From NCBI GenBank assembly GCA_965223665.1, contig OZ245011.1:128001-192000 (forward strand): a stretch of 64,000 nt of DNA, in the 5' to 3' direction. Position numbers and translations under genes: made by a program. How positions within the stretch are numbered: position 1 is the first letter of the stretch; each line of letters starts with the position of its first letter. A model generated the notes under the pieces. The model ran no database searches. It had not been told where the DNA came from and worked only from the letters and a program-made list of their open reading frames with translations. This DNA is from Nitrospinaceae bacterium. Its GTDB lineage: Bacteria; Nitrospinota; Nitrospinia; Nitrospinales; Nitrospinaceae. This document shows positions 48,411-58,652 of the stretch, in pieces.

Positions 48411-50120
48411 TTAAAGGGCTTCAAGGATACTTGGTATAGTTTCTAATACTTCTGGGAAATCATAAAGTTCGGAATTGCCAGAATGTCTAATTTTTACCTC
48501 AATTTTCCCTGCATCCAAGTTTTTAGGACCAATAATCATTTGCAACGGAATTCCCAATAAGTCTGCATCTTTCAGCTTTGCTCCCAATCGGTCTGTCCTA
48601 TCATCCAAAAGGGTTTCAATGTTAAGTTTTTTTAGGGTTTCATAGGATTGAATACATGCTTCCTTTAAAGCGTGATCAGAAAAGTTAACGGGAATAATAG
48701 CTGCTTGAAAAGGTGCAAGTGGAACAGGCCAAATGATACCATTATCGTCATGATTTTGCTCAATAGCAGCTGCAGCTGTTCTTCCAACTCCTATTCCATA
48801 ACATCCCATTAACATGGTTTTTTCTTTGCCCTGATGATCTAAGAAATTAGATTTTAAGGCAGAGCTATATTTATCTCCTAAAATGAAAATGTGCCCCACC
48901 TCAATACCCCGACGAATTTTATAATACCCGTTTTCGCATTTTGGGCAAGGATCACCTTCTTCTATCGTTCGTAGATCGCCAGATTTTTTTATCTCGAAAT
49001 CACGACCTATCTGCACACCGGAAAAATGAGCATCTTGAGTGTTTGCGCCTGTAATTAAATTGTGCATTTGGCTAACTTCATAATCCGCAAAAATTTCTAA
49101 ATTTAAATTAACAGGACCTAAAAAACCAATAGGAAAATTTGTTTGTTCTTTTACTTGTAATTCATTAGCTGGGTGTAGCCAGTCACAACCAATAAGGTTT
49201 TTTAGTTTTGTGGGGTGAATCTGTCGATCGCCTCTGACTAAACCTGCGACAAGACCGTTTTCTGTTTCAAAAATAATTGTCTTTACAATATTTTGAGGAG
49301 CCACATTTAAAAATTTACTAACTTCTTCAACTGATTTTTTATTGGGAGTCTCAATTTTTTTTAATGAATCAATGTTATTTGGAGATGATGAAGGCAATGG
49401 TAATTTTGAAGCTGCCTTTTCGATATTTGAAGCATAATCACATTTTTCGCAAAAACCGATCTCGTCTTCTCCGGAATCAGCAAGAACCATAAACTCATGT
49501 GAAAAGCTTCCACCAATTGTTCCTGAGTCTGCCTCAACCATTTTGAAATCCAATCCGCATCTTTCAAAAACTTTACAATAGGCTTGTCTCATTTTTTCAT
49601 AAACTTCCTGTGTGCTTTCTTGATCTACATGGAAGCTATACGCATCCTTCATCATAAACTCTCTTCCACGCATTATTCCAAAACGTGGTCGAACTTCATC
49701 TCGAAATTTGGTTTGGATTTGATAAAGGATAAGCGGGAGTTGGCGATAGGATTTTACCTCTTTACGAACAATATCCGTAATAACCTCTTCATGGGTGGGG
49801 CCGTAGCAAAACTCTCTATTATGCCTATCTTTAATTCGTAATAATTCTTTGCCATAAAGACCCCAACGGCCACTTTCCTGCCACAGTTCGGCTGGTTGGA
49901 TACTAGGGAGGAAAACTTCTTGACCACCAATATTATTCATCTCTTCTCTTATAATTTGTTCTACTTTTTTAAGAACACGCAAGCCTAAGGGCAGAATAGA
50001 ATAAACACCTGAAGCCAGTTGACGAATCATGCCTGCACGTACCATTAGCTTATGACTGATAACCTCTGCATCTGAAGGTGACTGTTTAAGTGTAGGAATG
50101 AAAATTTGAGAATATCGCAT
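48411..50120 (-). CDS. proS: Proline-tRNA ligase (with editing domain)
   Basis: GPTHEE, QTKFRDEVRPRFG.MRGREF.MKDAYSF, GIEVGHIF and MGCYGIGV. Confidence 0.98.
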   Translation of the reverse strand: MRYSQIFIPTLKQSPSDAEVISHKLMVRAGMIRQLASGVYSILPLGLRVLKKVEQIIREEMNNIGGQEVFLPSIQPAELWQESGRWGLYGKELLRIKDRHNREFCYGPTHEEVITDIVRKEVKSYRQLPLILYQIQTKFRDEVRPRFGIMRGREFMMKDAYSFHVDQESTQEVYEKMRQAYCKVFERCGLDFKMVEADSGTIGGSFSHEFMVLADSGEDEIGFCEKCDYASNIEKAASKLPLPSSSPNNIDSLKKIETPNKKSVEEVSKFLNVAPQNIVKTIIFETENGLVAGLVRGDRQIHPTKLKNLIGCDWLHPANELQVKEQTNFPIGFLGPVNLNLEIFADYEVSQMHNLITGANTQDAHFSGVQIGRDFEIKKSGDLRTIEEGDPCPKCENGYYKIRRGIEVGHIFILGDKYSSALKSNFLDHQGKEKTMLMGCYGIGVGRTAAAAIEQNHDDNGIIWPVPLAPFQAAIIPVNFSDHALKEACIQSYETLKKLNIETLLDDRTDRLGAKLKDADLLGIPLQMIIGPKNLDAGKIEVKIRHSGNSELYDFPEVLETIPSILEAL

Positions 50121-50254
50121 AATAAGTATTTAAATGATTTGATTACATCAGATGATTATTCAAATCATTAACAAAAAGCACCTAACCAAAGTTAGGCATT
50201 AACGATTTAAAAACAATTAATTTATTCTTAATCTTAAATGGGAAAGCGCGGAGG

Positions 50255-52000
50255 TTATACTGGCGTTTTGGTGGAATACAACTCCCGAGCCAATTCAATA
50301 TCCTGCGGAAAGTGTATTTCCAACCAACCTTTATGGATTTCTAAGTAATGTATATCAAAACCACGATCGACCATTTCTTGAAGTAGGTCTGTAAATCGAA
50401 ACTTAGAAATATCCTCAGCCTCTTGGATTTTTCCGACATGATTTTTGACACAATCATCGTAAGTATTTAAAAACTGCTCAGCTCCCCTTGGAGAGAACTT
50501 TGCCAACCCAACAAATTCATGGGTTGAGATGCTTGAGTCAATTCTCTTGCCGATTTTAGCAACTGTATTTTGATAGTCAAAGTTTATGTTGCGACGGAGA
50601 CGATTTTTTTTATTCTTGCTTACTACAAAATCCTGTAATTTTCCCGGAGTAGGCCCAAGGTATTGAATGGAATTGTCAACGACAACTACAATATCTTCTT
50701 TACAAGCTAATAATTGGCTGAATATGTTTTCAGCGACTAACAAATCGGAATATAAAATCAGAAATCCATTTTGAAGCTTATTTTTAGCCGCTAAAATTGA
50801 ATGAAGTTCGGTTCCTTTTTTGTAGTCAGTATGATGTATAAAGTTAACGCCTTCAGCACTCATTTTGCCGTTTTCATATCCCGTAATTACATTGATATCA
50901 GTTAAAAAATTTGCGTTCAGTGCTTCAATTTGCCTTTTCAAAAGGGTTTTTCCTGAAATTTCAAGCATGGCTTTGGGTATACTTCCAATAGCGGACTGAA
51001 GATCAGGGGCCGAACCTGCAGCTGGAATAATTACGGGTATATTTTTATTGGAAACATCCTGCTTATCTTTTTCTTTTACATCCAGAAATCCAACTGCTTC
51101 AAAAATTTCCTTTACCGGGGTGCAAAATGGGTCTGCTTCGAAAGATCGTTGATTTAACAATATGGATCTTGTCGTATCCATCATGGCTTTATAAGCTGAC
51201 CGTAAAAGATGGTTTGCATAAATAATAATTTGAAATCCTGATTTTTGTAATTCTGATTCCACAATGTTGTTATAAGTGGTAGGTACACAAACCAGAGGTT
51301 TTTTTACTCCCAATTCAGCTTGAAGGTCTTGATATTTTTGTGCGAACTCTAAAATTTCCCCAGGGTCTTTTGATTTTGAATGGATCATTATCCCATCTGC
51401 CCCTGCGGTTAAATATGCGCGAGCCCTTTGTAGAGCATCCTTTAATCCTGTTCCTGCAATCAGGCTTTCCAAACGGGCGATAATCATAAAGTCCGGTGTC
51501 ATTTGAACCTCTTTGCCTCGACGAATTTTGTGCGCAAATACTTCCGGTTCTTGCAACGATTGATTGGTTCCAGCTTCTAAGCTATTTCTCTTAGGAAATA
51601 CTTTGTCTTCAATAATGACAGCTGAAACTCCTGCACGTTCTAACTTTGAAACCGTATATTCAAAAATATTTGGATCTCCGCCCGTATCGCCATCAACAAT
51701 CATGGGTTTCCGAGTGACCGCTAGAATTTCGTTGATCGTATGAAATCGGGAATCAAAACTAATAACTTCAATATCTGGGTGACCTTTGGAGGCTGAATCT
51801 GTCAAGCTGCTTTCCCAAATAGCATCAAATTCTCTAATTATAGTATCATTTTCAAAAGTTCCCTCAATTCGAGCACAATCTGCAATAATACCGCTCAATC
51901 CATTGTGGGCTTCCATTACTCGAATAAGTTTTCCCTGGTTCAATAGTTTTCTTAACTGGTTGCGTCGGTTTTCGGGTAATATTTTACTTAAAAGAGTCAT
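50255..52000 (-). CDS. pepM: Phosphoenolpyruvate mutase fused to a C-terminal nucleotidyltransferase-like domain
   Basis: EAHNGLS, DGDTGG, PepM signature EDKVFPKRNS (EDKx5NS), IYANH; then IIPAAG...PKAML...YSDLL...GWLEI. Confidence 0.92.
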   Translation of the reverse strand: MTLLSKILPENRRNQLRKLLNQGKLIRVMEAHNGLSGIIADCARIEGTFENDTIIREFDAIWESSLTDSASKGHPDIEVISFDSRFHTINEILAVTRKPMIVDGDTGGDPNIFEYTVSKLERAGVSAVIIEDKVFPKRNSLEAGTNQSLQEPEVFAHKIRRGKEVQMTPDFMIIARLESLIAGTGLKDALQRARAYLTAGADGIMIHSKSKDPGEILEFAQKYQDLQAELGVKKPLVCVPTTYNNIVESELQKSGFQIIIYANHLLRSAYKAMMDTTRSILLNQRSFEADPFCTPVKEIFEAVGFLDVKEKDKQDVSNKNIPVIIPAAGSAPDLQSAIGSIPKAMLEISGKTLLKRQIEALNANFLTDINVITGYENGKMSAEGVNFIHHTDYKKGTELHSILAAKNKLQNGFLILYSDLLVAENIFSQLLACKEDIVVVVDNSIQYLGPTPGKLQDFVVSKNKKNRLRRNINFDYQNTVAKIGKRIDSSISTHEFVGLAKFSPRGAEQFLNTYDDCVKNHVGKIQEAEDISKFRFTDLLQEMVDRGFDIHYLEIHKGWLEIHFPQDIELARELYSTKTPV

Positions 52001-52292
52001 TTATTTTCGTCTCAAAAATTTCGTGATTTAGATATTCCCTAATCCATGAAGCTATATAAATTTCTTCGGTATCGTAATTTTTAAAGGCTTCAATCAGAAC
52101 TTTCATTTGGTTCAAAATTGGAAGTTTTTTATCTAAAAAAACTAATCCTTTTCCATTTAATTTGCAAAACCCACTTTTAATAGGGATATCTTCATTAGAA
52201 AGGTTAAAATATTGGATATCAATTCCTAATTTATCTGCCACCGATTTTAATTCTTCCCACCGCTGGTCATTATTATAGGTTTTGGCTAACAT
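51984..52292 (-). CDS. Conserved-looking hypothetical protein
   Basis: LKSVADKLGI...SGFCKLNGK.LVFLDK; overlaps the pepM start. Confidence 0.75.
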   Translation of the reverse strand: MLAKTYNNDQRWEELKSVADKLGIDIQYFNLSNEDIPIKSGFCKLNGKGLVFLDKKLPILNQMKVLIEAFKNYDTEEIYIASWIREYLNHEIFETKINDSFK

Positions 52293-52320
52293 AAATACCC
52301 TTTAAGCCATTGAAATTAAG

Positions 52321-53691
52321 TCAGTTAATAATTCTCATGATATCATTATAAAAAGCAAAAATCATTAGAGATATGAGCATAAATAATCCAACTTGCGAAG
52401 CTCGTTCTCGATTTTTCTCGCTTACGGGACGGCCTTTTATCATTTCAATTAAAAAGAAGAAAATGTGACCACCATCTAAAATTGGAATGGGCAATAGATT
52501 TAATAACCCCAGGTTAATACTTAAAAGGGCGGTTAATCGAATGAGTTCGTTAAAGCCCTGTTTTGCCTGTTCACCATATATTTGAAAAATCAGAATAGGG
52601 CCACCTATGCTTTCGGCGGAAATTGAACCGAATATCATTTTTTTTATGCTGGTAAAAATTAGATAGATTAATTTCCCAGTTTCAATAAATGAACGTTTAA
52701 TTGCTCCAAAAAAACCATATTGCTCGAGAATCAGGTCTCCTGTAATGGCAATTCCTAACCAGCCCAACTCTATTTCTTTTCCGTTTTCATCTTGAATGAT
52801 TTTAGATTCAGGAGTTACTTTGATTTCTAAATCTAGCCCATCTCTTTTGATTTGAACATTTAACTCTTTTCCCGCTTTGTCTTTGGTGGTTTCTTTAAGA
52901 TCGGTCCAACTACGGATTTTTGTTCCATCAATGGAAACTAATTGATCTCCCTCTAATAATCCCGCTTTATGAGCTGCTGAGCCCTCTTTGACATAGCTTA
53001 TATTATGAACCAAAGGGTTAATGCCAATCAGTCCCACCCTTTCTTTTTCTCCAAATAAATCAGGAACTTCTTCCGTGACAGGAGTGATTCCTACTTCAAA
53101 AAGTTCTTTCTTATCCCTTTCAATTAAAAACTTTAGTTCTTTGTTTGGGGAATTGCGAACAATTTTCACTAGCCGATCCCAAAACTGAATTGGTTGGCCT
53201 TCGACTTCGACTATTCGATCACCTGATTTTAGTCCTGCTTCTAAGGCGGGAGAAGAATCTCTAACAGTTCCAATGGTGGTTCCTAAGGTAGAAACACCGT
53301 TCATATAAACTACAACATAAATTGCTATAGCAAATAATATGTTAAATAAGGGGCCCGCAAATGCGATAGCCAACCTATGGAGGACAGGTGCAGTTGAAAA
53401 AGAACCTTTGCTATCTTCAAGTTCTTCGCCCGGGTCCTCTCCTTTCATTTTTACATAGCCTCCTAACGGAATGGAGGCAATTAAATATTCAGTGCCTGAT
53501 TTTGTAAACCCTAAAAGTTTAGGGCCAAATCCCAGGGCAAATTTTTCGACTATGACTCCGCATTTTCTAGCAACCAAAAAATGCCCAAGTTCATGAACAA
53601 AAATTAAAGCTGCCAAACCACCAAGAAACACTACCATCTTAGTGCCAAATGCAAAAAAAGATTCTAATGAAAAAACTGCTGTTTCAATCAT
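52321..53691 (-). CDS. rseP: RIP metalloprotease RseP
   Basis: HELGH, PLGGYVKM, two PDZ domains and NLLPIPILDGG. Confidence 0.96.
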   Translation of the reverse strand: MIETAVFSLESFFAFGTKMVVFLGGLAALIFVHELGHFLVARKCGVIVEKFALGFGPKLLGFTKSGTEYLIASIPLGGYVKMKGEDPGEELEDSKGSFSTAPVLHRLAIAFAGPLFNILFAIAIYVVVYMNGVSTLGTTIGTVRDSSPALEAGLKSGDRIVEVEGQPIQFWDRLVKIVRNSPNKELKFLIERDKKELFEVGITPVTEEVPDLFGEKERVGLIGINPLVHNISYVKEGSAAHKAGLLEGDQLVSIDGTKIRSWTDLKETTKDKAGKELNVQIKRDGLDLEIKVTPESKIIQDENGKEIELGWLGIAITGDLILEQYGFFGAIKRSFIETGKLIYLIFTSIKKMIFGSISAESIGGPILIFQIYGEQAKQGFNELIRLTALLSINLGLLNLLPIPILDGGHIFFFLIEMIKGRPVSEKNRERASQVGLFMLISLMIFAFYNDIMRIIN

Positions 53692-53693
53692 AA

Positions 53694-54374
53694 TTAATTT
53701 GATTTTTTATCTGAAGAAGTAAAGTCAATCAACTCAACACCTGGCGGAACCTGGAAATGAAAAGTTTCATCAGGAGTGTCGGGATTGATCGTAATGTTTG
53801 TAAAGATCATTTCTGTTTGATTACCTAGTTTATCGTAAACTCGGGAGCCAATTATCTGATAACTACTATTGTCCGCAAATATGGTCATCCGGTCAATATT
53901 ATCATTGGATTCTTTAGGAATTAATTCGACACTTACGGAATCTTTATTTCGAGTTACTTTCCCAATATTAAACGTTTGGGTTAGTTTCCCTTTCCCTGCT
54001 AGAAACAGGGCGGGAGTATTTGAAGAATAAATGCTTCCAATTTGCATTTTAGTAACTTGGCTTTCTTCAGGCAAAAAAAGCCAAAGAGCTTTTGCATCAC
54101 TAATTAGTATTTGCGGGTCCGGAGCAGTGTAATCCCATTTCATACGTCCAGGTTTTTTAATAATTACTTCACCTTTTGCAGTTTGAGTTTGGCCCATTAC
54201 TTTTAAAAATGATTTTTGGATGAAATCAGCTTTAAATGTTTGGGTTTCGTCATACCGCTTTTGAATAGCATCAATTATGTTTTGGGAATCATTGGCAAAT
54301 GCAGTTTGAGACCAGAAATAAAAAATAAAAGCGGTTATCAAAAAACGATTTGTTTTGAGGGCGGCTGAAAACAT
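53694..54374 (-). CDS. lolA: Outer-membrane lipoprotein carrier LolA
   Basis: Signal peptide; ADFIQ, KKPGRMKWDY..P..Q and FHFQVPPGV. Confidence 0.9.
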   Translation of the reverse strand: MFSAALKTNRFLITAFIFYFWSQTAFANDSQNIIDAIQKRYDETQTFKADFIQKSFLKVMGQTQTAKGEVIIKKPGRMKWDYTAPDPQILISDAKALWLFLPEESQVTKMQIGSIYSSNTPALFLAGKGKLTQTFNIGKVTRNKDSVSVELIPKESNDNIDRMTIFADNSSYQIIGSRVYDKLGNQTEMIFTNITINPDTPDETFHFQVPPGVELIDFTSSDKKSN

Positions 54375-54385
54375 TTATTTTCTTC

Positions 54386-55000
54386 TTATATTAAATTAAC
54401 TTTTCTATTATTTATCTGTATTTTTTTTTCTGCGATTAATTTAATGGCCTCCGGATAGATTTTATGCTCCTGCTCCAAGATCCGTTTGGATAGTGATTCT
54501 TCATCATCATTGTCTAAGACAGGAACGACAGCTTGAAGTATGATAGGCCCAGAATCCACCTCTTCGTTCACATAGTGAACGGTACAACCAGAAAATTTAA
54601 CACCATAATCAATTGCTTTTTGTTGCACATTTAATCCCGGGAATGCTGGAAGTAGGGAAGGGTGAATATTTATAATTTTGTTTGGAAACGATTGTATGAA
54701 TTCTTTCCCTAGAATTTTCATGTAACCTGCCAAGCAGATCAAGTCTACATTATGTTCTTTTAGTTCAGTGGCCAAAGCCAAATCATAATCAGATTTGGAG
54801 TTAAACTTCTTAGGGTCCAAAAAAATTGACTTTATTCCATGGCTCTTTGCTCTTTCCAAAGCAGGTGCATCCTTTTTGTTACTTAAAATGATTTCAATGG
54901 TTGCTGGAATGTTTCCCCGAGAAATTTGATCAATAATTGCTTGCAAATTGGTTCCCCGACCGGAAACCAGGACACCGATTTTTAAATCATCCGAAGCCAT
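54386..55000 (-). CDS. purN: Phosphoribosylglycinamide formyltransferase
   Basis: SGRGTNLQA, LAGYMKIL, NIHPSLLP, GCTVHYV and DSGPII. Confidence 0.97.
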   Translation of the reverse strand: MASDDLKIGVLVSGRGTNLQAIIDQISRGNIPATIEIILSNKKDAPALERAKSHGIKSIFLDPKKFNSKSDYDLALATELKEHNVDLICLAGYMKILGKEFIQSFPNKIINIHPSLLPAFPGLNVQQKAIDYGVKFSGCTVHYVNEEVDSGPIILQAVVPVLDNDDEESLSKRILEQEHKIYPEAIKLIAEKKIQINNRKVNLI

Positions 55001-55071
55001 TATTGGTAAGATCTCAAAAAGTTTAGAGGCAAAGAAAAAATGTAAGTTTTAAAATATTCATAGTTGTATAC

Positions 55072-57285
55072 TTAAACAGCTACGGGTTGCAAAATGTCTG
55101 CCTGTATTTGTTTTAACAAGCCTATGTTTTGTGTATGGCCAGATTTATGGGCTTTTATATAACCTCGGATTGGTCTGCCAAGTAAGTAAAAGTCTCCCAA
55201 TATGTCCAAAATTTTATGTCGAGCAAATTCGTTTTCATAACGCAATTTCGTATTTAAGACTTTTTGGTCTCCCAAAAGAATAAAGTTGTCAAGTTTACCC
55301 CCTGCGCCAAACCCCATTTTTGTTAACTGCGCAACTTCTTCGACAAATCCAAAAGTTCTAGCCGGAGCAATTTCTTCTTTAAATCCTTTAGAGTCAACAA
55401 ACTCAAAGGTGTGATCCATAACTCCAATGGGTGCAGGATATTCCATATGGTACGACACTTTGAAACCATTATAGGGTTCAATGCTAATGGAAGGTCCCTT
55501 TTCATCCTCTGCTCCATAACTATAAGTTTTGTCAATTATTAATTCGTCCATAAGCTCGTCTTGTTCTTCAAATTCACCATCTTCAATTAATTGACAAAAA
55601 TCTTTTGCCGACCCATCCATCACTGGAGCTTCATCACTGATTTTAATAAGAAGATTTGAAATGCGATACATATGCAAGGTGGCCATTATATGTTCAATGG
55701 TTAGAACAGATGAATATCCTTTTTTCAGACAGGTTGCATAATCAGTAGATTGGACATTTTCTAAACGGGCGGGAATAGTATCTCCGCTAGAAATATCCCC
55801 GAATACAATTCCACTCCCTGGTGGCATAGGTTGCATAATTAAACCTGTTTTTATTCCAGAGTGCAGTCCATGGCCGCAAAGCACAACACTACGTTTAAGT
55901 GTTCTTTGGAATTGATGTTGAGGCGAACCACTTTTGGCAGCACTTAACGGAAGAACAATATTATGTTGCTGAAGTTTGGTTTTTAGTTTGTCGGTATCAG
56001 TTTTTAATGTTTTACTTGTTTCATCTAAATTCCATTTGTTTTTTCGAAGATGATGAATAATAAATTCACGCTCCCAGCTTCTTTCTGCATCTTGTAATGA
56101 GTCAAAGCTTTCAAATACCGACTTATCCCAATGTTGTTCCAGGTTGCGAATGGATTCGGGTAAGTCATGGAATCGAATGGGATCCTTTGAAGGAACTTTA
56201 GATGAAAGTTGATCTAGAACTTTCCTTAATTCCTTTAAATTTTCTGGCCACTCATATCCCATTAACGCCTTAAGAGCTTCCTCAGAAATATCCCTTGGGC
56301 TGTGTCCGCTTTCTTCCGCCTGCTCCGCAAAGTATTTTTCCACTAGATTCGGAATGAGAGCTGAGTTTTCTCTTAGGGGAGAAATGGTTAATTGGTTCTT
56401 ATTTAAAATCTGATATAGATCTTTATTAAATTTTCCTTTATCTACCAACTCCTGTAAATTTTGGGTTGTTGAAGCAAAAATTCGGTTAGGAAGTAGTTCT
56501 AAGTTTGTATTTCCTTCGGATCCTTTATATGCCAAAACTTCGGCTAATTTTTCTTGAAGTGTTTTATTTAGGCCTTCTATATTTTTTAAATAAATTGATC
56601 TGGGGTTATAAGAAGGTTCAGAATTTTTATTATCCGTTTTTGATTTTCGATTAGTAATAAAAAGCTCAGATTGGACTGCAGATTTGGTTCGAATTGCACA
56701 ATTTACCTTTACTAAGGGATATTGGGAATTTTTACTTGCATTATGGATAGCCTGAGCAATAAATTCTTTTGCTGTACCAATTTCTCCAGTAATTATCACA
56801 GGTTCGTTATTTTTAGAGGCATCATTTATTCCTCTTTTAACGTCTACCATGAGTTGGAAACAATGAGGAAGTTCTTGCTTTCCTAAAGACTTTTTGCCAT
56901 TAGAATGAAATCTGGTTTTTTGAAGTTGGAGGGCTTTTTCTACAGATTGAACTAACTCATCTAATGAGAATGGTTTCTCAATAAAATCATATGCTCCCAA
57001 CTTTGTGGCTTTGACGGCCGTATCTACTGTCCCATGACCAGACATAACAAGTACTTCTATTTCAGGGTGGTAGGTTTTAACGGTTTTCAAAACTTCAATG
57101 CCATCCATTCCAGGGATCCAAATATCAAGAAGAATTAATTCGGGTGGATCAGCCTGGATCATTTCCAGGGCAGTAATTCCATCTTCTGCAGTAGTGATTT
57201 CATAACCTTCATCTTTTAAAATATCCTGAAGAGAAGATACAATATTTTTTTCGTCGTCAACGATTAAAATTCTTTCTTTAGACAA
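55072..57285 (-). CDS. lpxC: Fusion: NtrX/NtrC-like receiver, degenerate AAA+, HTH and LpxC (UDP-3-O-acyl-GlcNAc deacetylase)
   Basis: One ORF. REC: VDDE, LDIW, MSGHG, KPF. LpxC: QRTL...G.GLHSG, TIEH, EAPVMDGSA, IAPARTFGF, HKILD.LGD, SGH. GGAGG RBS before TTG 57285. Confidence 0.92.
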   Translation of the reverse strand: MSKERILIVDDEKNIVSSLQDILKDEGYEITTAEDGITALEMIQADPPELILLDIWIPGMDGIEVLKTVKTYHPEIEVLVMSGHGTVDTAVKATKLGAYDFIEKPFSLDELVQSVEKALQLQKTRFHSNGKKSLGKQELPHCFQLMVDVKRGINDASKNNEPVIITGEIGTAKEFIAQAIHNASKNSQYPLVKVNCAIRTKSAVQSELFITNRKSKTDNKNSEPSYNPRSIYLKNIEGLNKTLQEKLAEVLAYKGSEGNTNLELLPNRIFASTTQNLQELVDKGKFNKDLYQILNKNQLTISPLRENSALIPNLVEKYFAEQAEESGHSPRDISEEALKALMGYEWPENLKELRKVLDQLSSKVPSKDPIRFHDLPESIRNLEQHWDKSVFESFDSLQDAERSWEREFIIHHLRKNKWNLDETSKTLKTDTDKLKTKLQQHNIVLPLSAAKSGSPQHQFQRTLKRSVVLCGHGLHSGIKTGLIMQPMPPGSGIVFGDISSGDTIPARLENVQSTDYATCLKKGYSSVLTIEHIMATLHMYRISNLLIKISDEAPVMDGSAKDFCQLIEDGEFEEQDELMDELIIDKTYSYGAEDEKGPSISIEPYNGFKVSYHMEYPAPIGVMDHTFEFVDSKGFKEEIAPARTFGFVEEVAQLTKMGFGAGGKLDNFILLGDQKVLNTKLRYENEFARHKILDILGDFYLLGRPIRGYIKAHKSGHTQNIGLLKQIQADILQPVAV

Positions 57286-57328
57286 GGAAACCTCCAAGTT
57301 TGGGGAGTCATCATTGATGGGATTTAAG

Positions 57329-58006
57329 TCAACCGGCTGGCGCAGGTTCGACTAGATTTGAAAATACATATTCCTCGTGTTTTTGAAAATCAAAATAAAA
57401 AATGGATTTCCCAATTTTTAAAAAGTTTTTTTCATATTTAGTCTGAGGAATTCCATTCCTAACATGGGAAAACCCACTTTTTTTGTTAAGGTTCAACAAA
57501 CTAGGCTCTTCTTCTAAATAAGATAACATTTCTGTTGCATAGGGTTCAAAATCAGTAGCAATTTTTAACGTGCCTCCTGGGGCAATCTTTTGGGCTAACA
57601 CATTAATGAAGTCAGGTTTGATTAACCTACGCTTAATGTGTCTTTTCTTTGGCCACGGATCTGGGAAGTTAATAAAAATTTCATCCAACTCACCATCTTT
57701 AAAAAGAACCGGTACTCGCTCCTTAGCATCCCCATAAATGATTCGTACGTTTGGAATTTGAAAACGATCTAACTTCATAATCGTTTTGCGGATGCCCTTA
57801 TGGTAAAAGTCAAGGCCTAAAAAGTTGCTATTCGGGTCACTAATAGCCATATCTAATAAAAATTTTCCATTACCAAAACCAATTTCTAATTTTAAGGGTT
57901 TTTGGCATTTAAAATTCTCATCCCAATTTGGATAAACATCTGTATCTATAAAAAAGGGGTGACCGGACGCAATTTGTTCAAAAGGAATTAATGGCTTTGA
58001 GGACAT
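57329..58006 (-). CDS. trmB: tRNA (guanine-N7)-methyltransferase
   Basis: LEIGFGNG, NFPDPWPKKRH.KRR, ATD and TKYE. Confidence 0.96.
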   Translation of the reverse strand: MSSKPLIPFEQIASGHPFFIDTDVYPNWDENFKCQKPLKLEIGFGNGKFLLDMAISDPNSNFLGLDFYHKGIRKTIMKLDRFQIPNVRIIYGDAKERVPVLFKDGELDEIFINFPDPWPKKRHIKRRLIKPDFINVLAQKIAPGGTLKIATDFEPYATEMLSYLEEEPSLLNLNKKSGFSHVRNGIPQTKYEKNFLKIGKSIFYFDFQKHEEYVFSNLVEPAPAG

Positions 58007-58032
58007 TAGTTTAAGTTAATTGGAGTTATTTT

Positions 58033-58500
58033 TTATTCATCATGTATTGTTTTTATTTGAATGACTTCATATTCCAAGCTTTCTCCACCAATGGAGAGAG
58101 AAATTTCGTCTCCTTCCATTTTACCTAAAAGAGATCGGCCAATAGGGGAAGCTAATGAAACTTTTCCATCCTCCGGTGAAACTTCTTCTGGAAAAACCAG
58201 GAAGTAAGTTTTTTCCTCACCTGAATTTGCATTCTTTAATACTAATGAACTACCAAGTCCTGAACGATCTTTTGGAATCCGATCAATATTGATTGCCATA
58301 ACATCACTAATTCGCTTTTGTAATTGAGAAATTCTTGCCTCTAAAAACATTTGCCTTTCCTTAGCGGCCTTATATTCAGCGTTTTCACTTAAGTCTCCCA
58401 TTTCTGTTGCCGTTTTAAGAGCTTTGGGAATATCGATCTCAAGTTCATTTTTTGATTCCATTAAGGATTTTTCTAATTTATCAAGAATAGGTAATCTCAT
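58033..58500 (-). CDS. greA: Transcription elongation factor GreA
   Basis: GDLSENAEYKAAKE and SPIGRSLLGK.EGD. Confidence 0.93.
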   Translation of the reverse strand: MRLPILDKLEKSLMESKNELEIDIPKALKTATEMGDLSENAEYKAAKERQMFLEARISQLQKRISDVMAINIDRIPKDRSGLGSSLVLKNANSGEEKTYFLVFPEEVSPEDGKVSLASPIGRSLLGKMEGDEISLSIGGESLEYEVIQIKTIHDE

Positions 58501-58652
58501 AATCGATTTAATTTTTCTTCAGAAGGAAATTGGAAAATAAAAAATTGTAAAATAAGTAGTGACATTAAAGGAATGGAGCAATATAGGGGCTTCCCTTAAG
58601 CTTATAAAATAGCATAATTAGCAGGCAAAAAACTAGAGTTTCAATGATTGTT

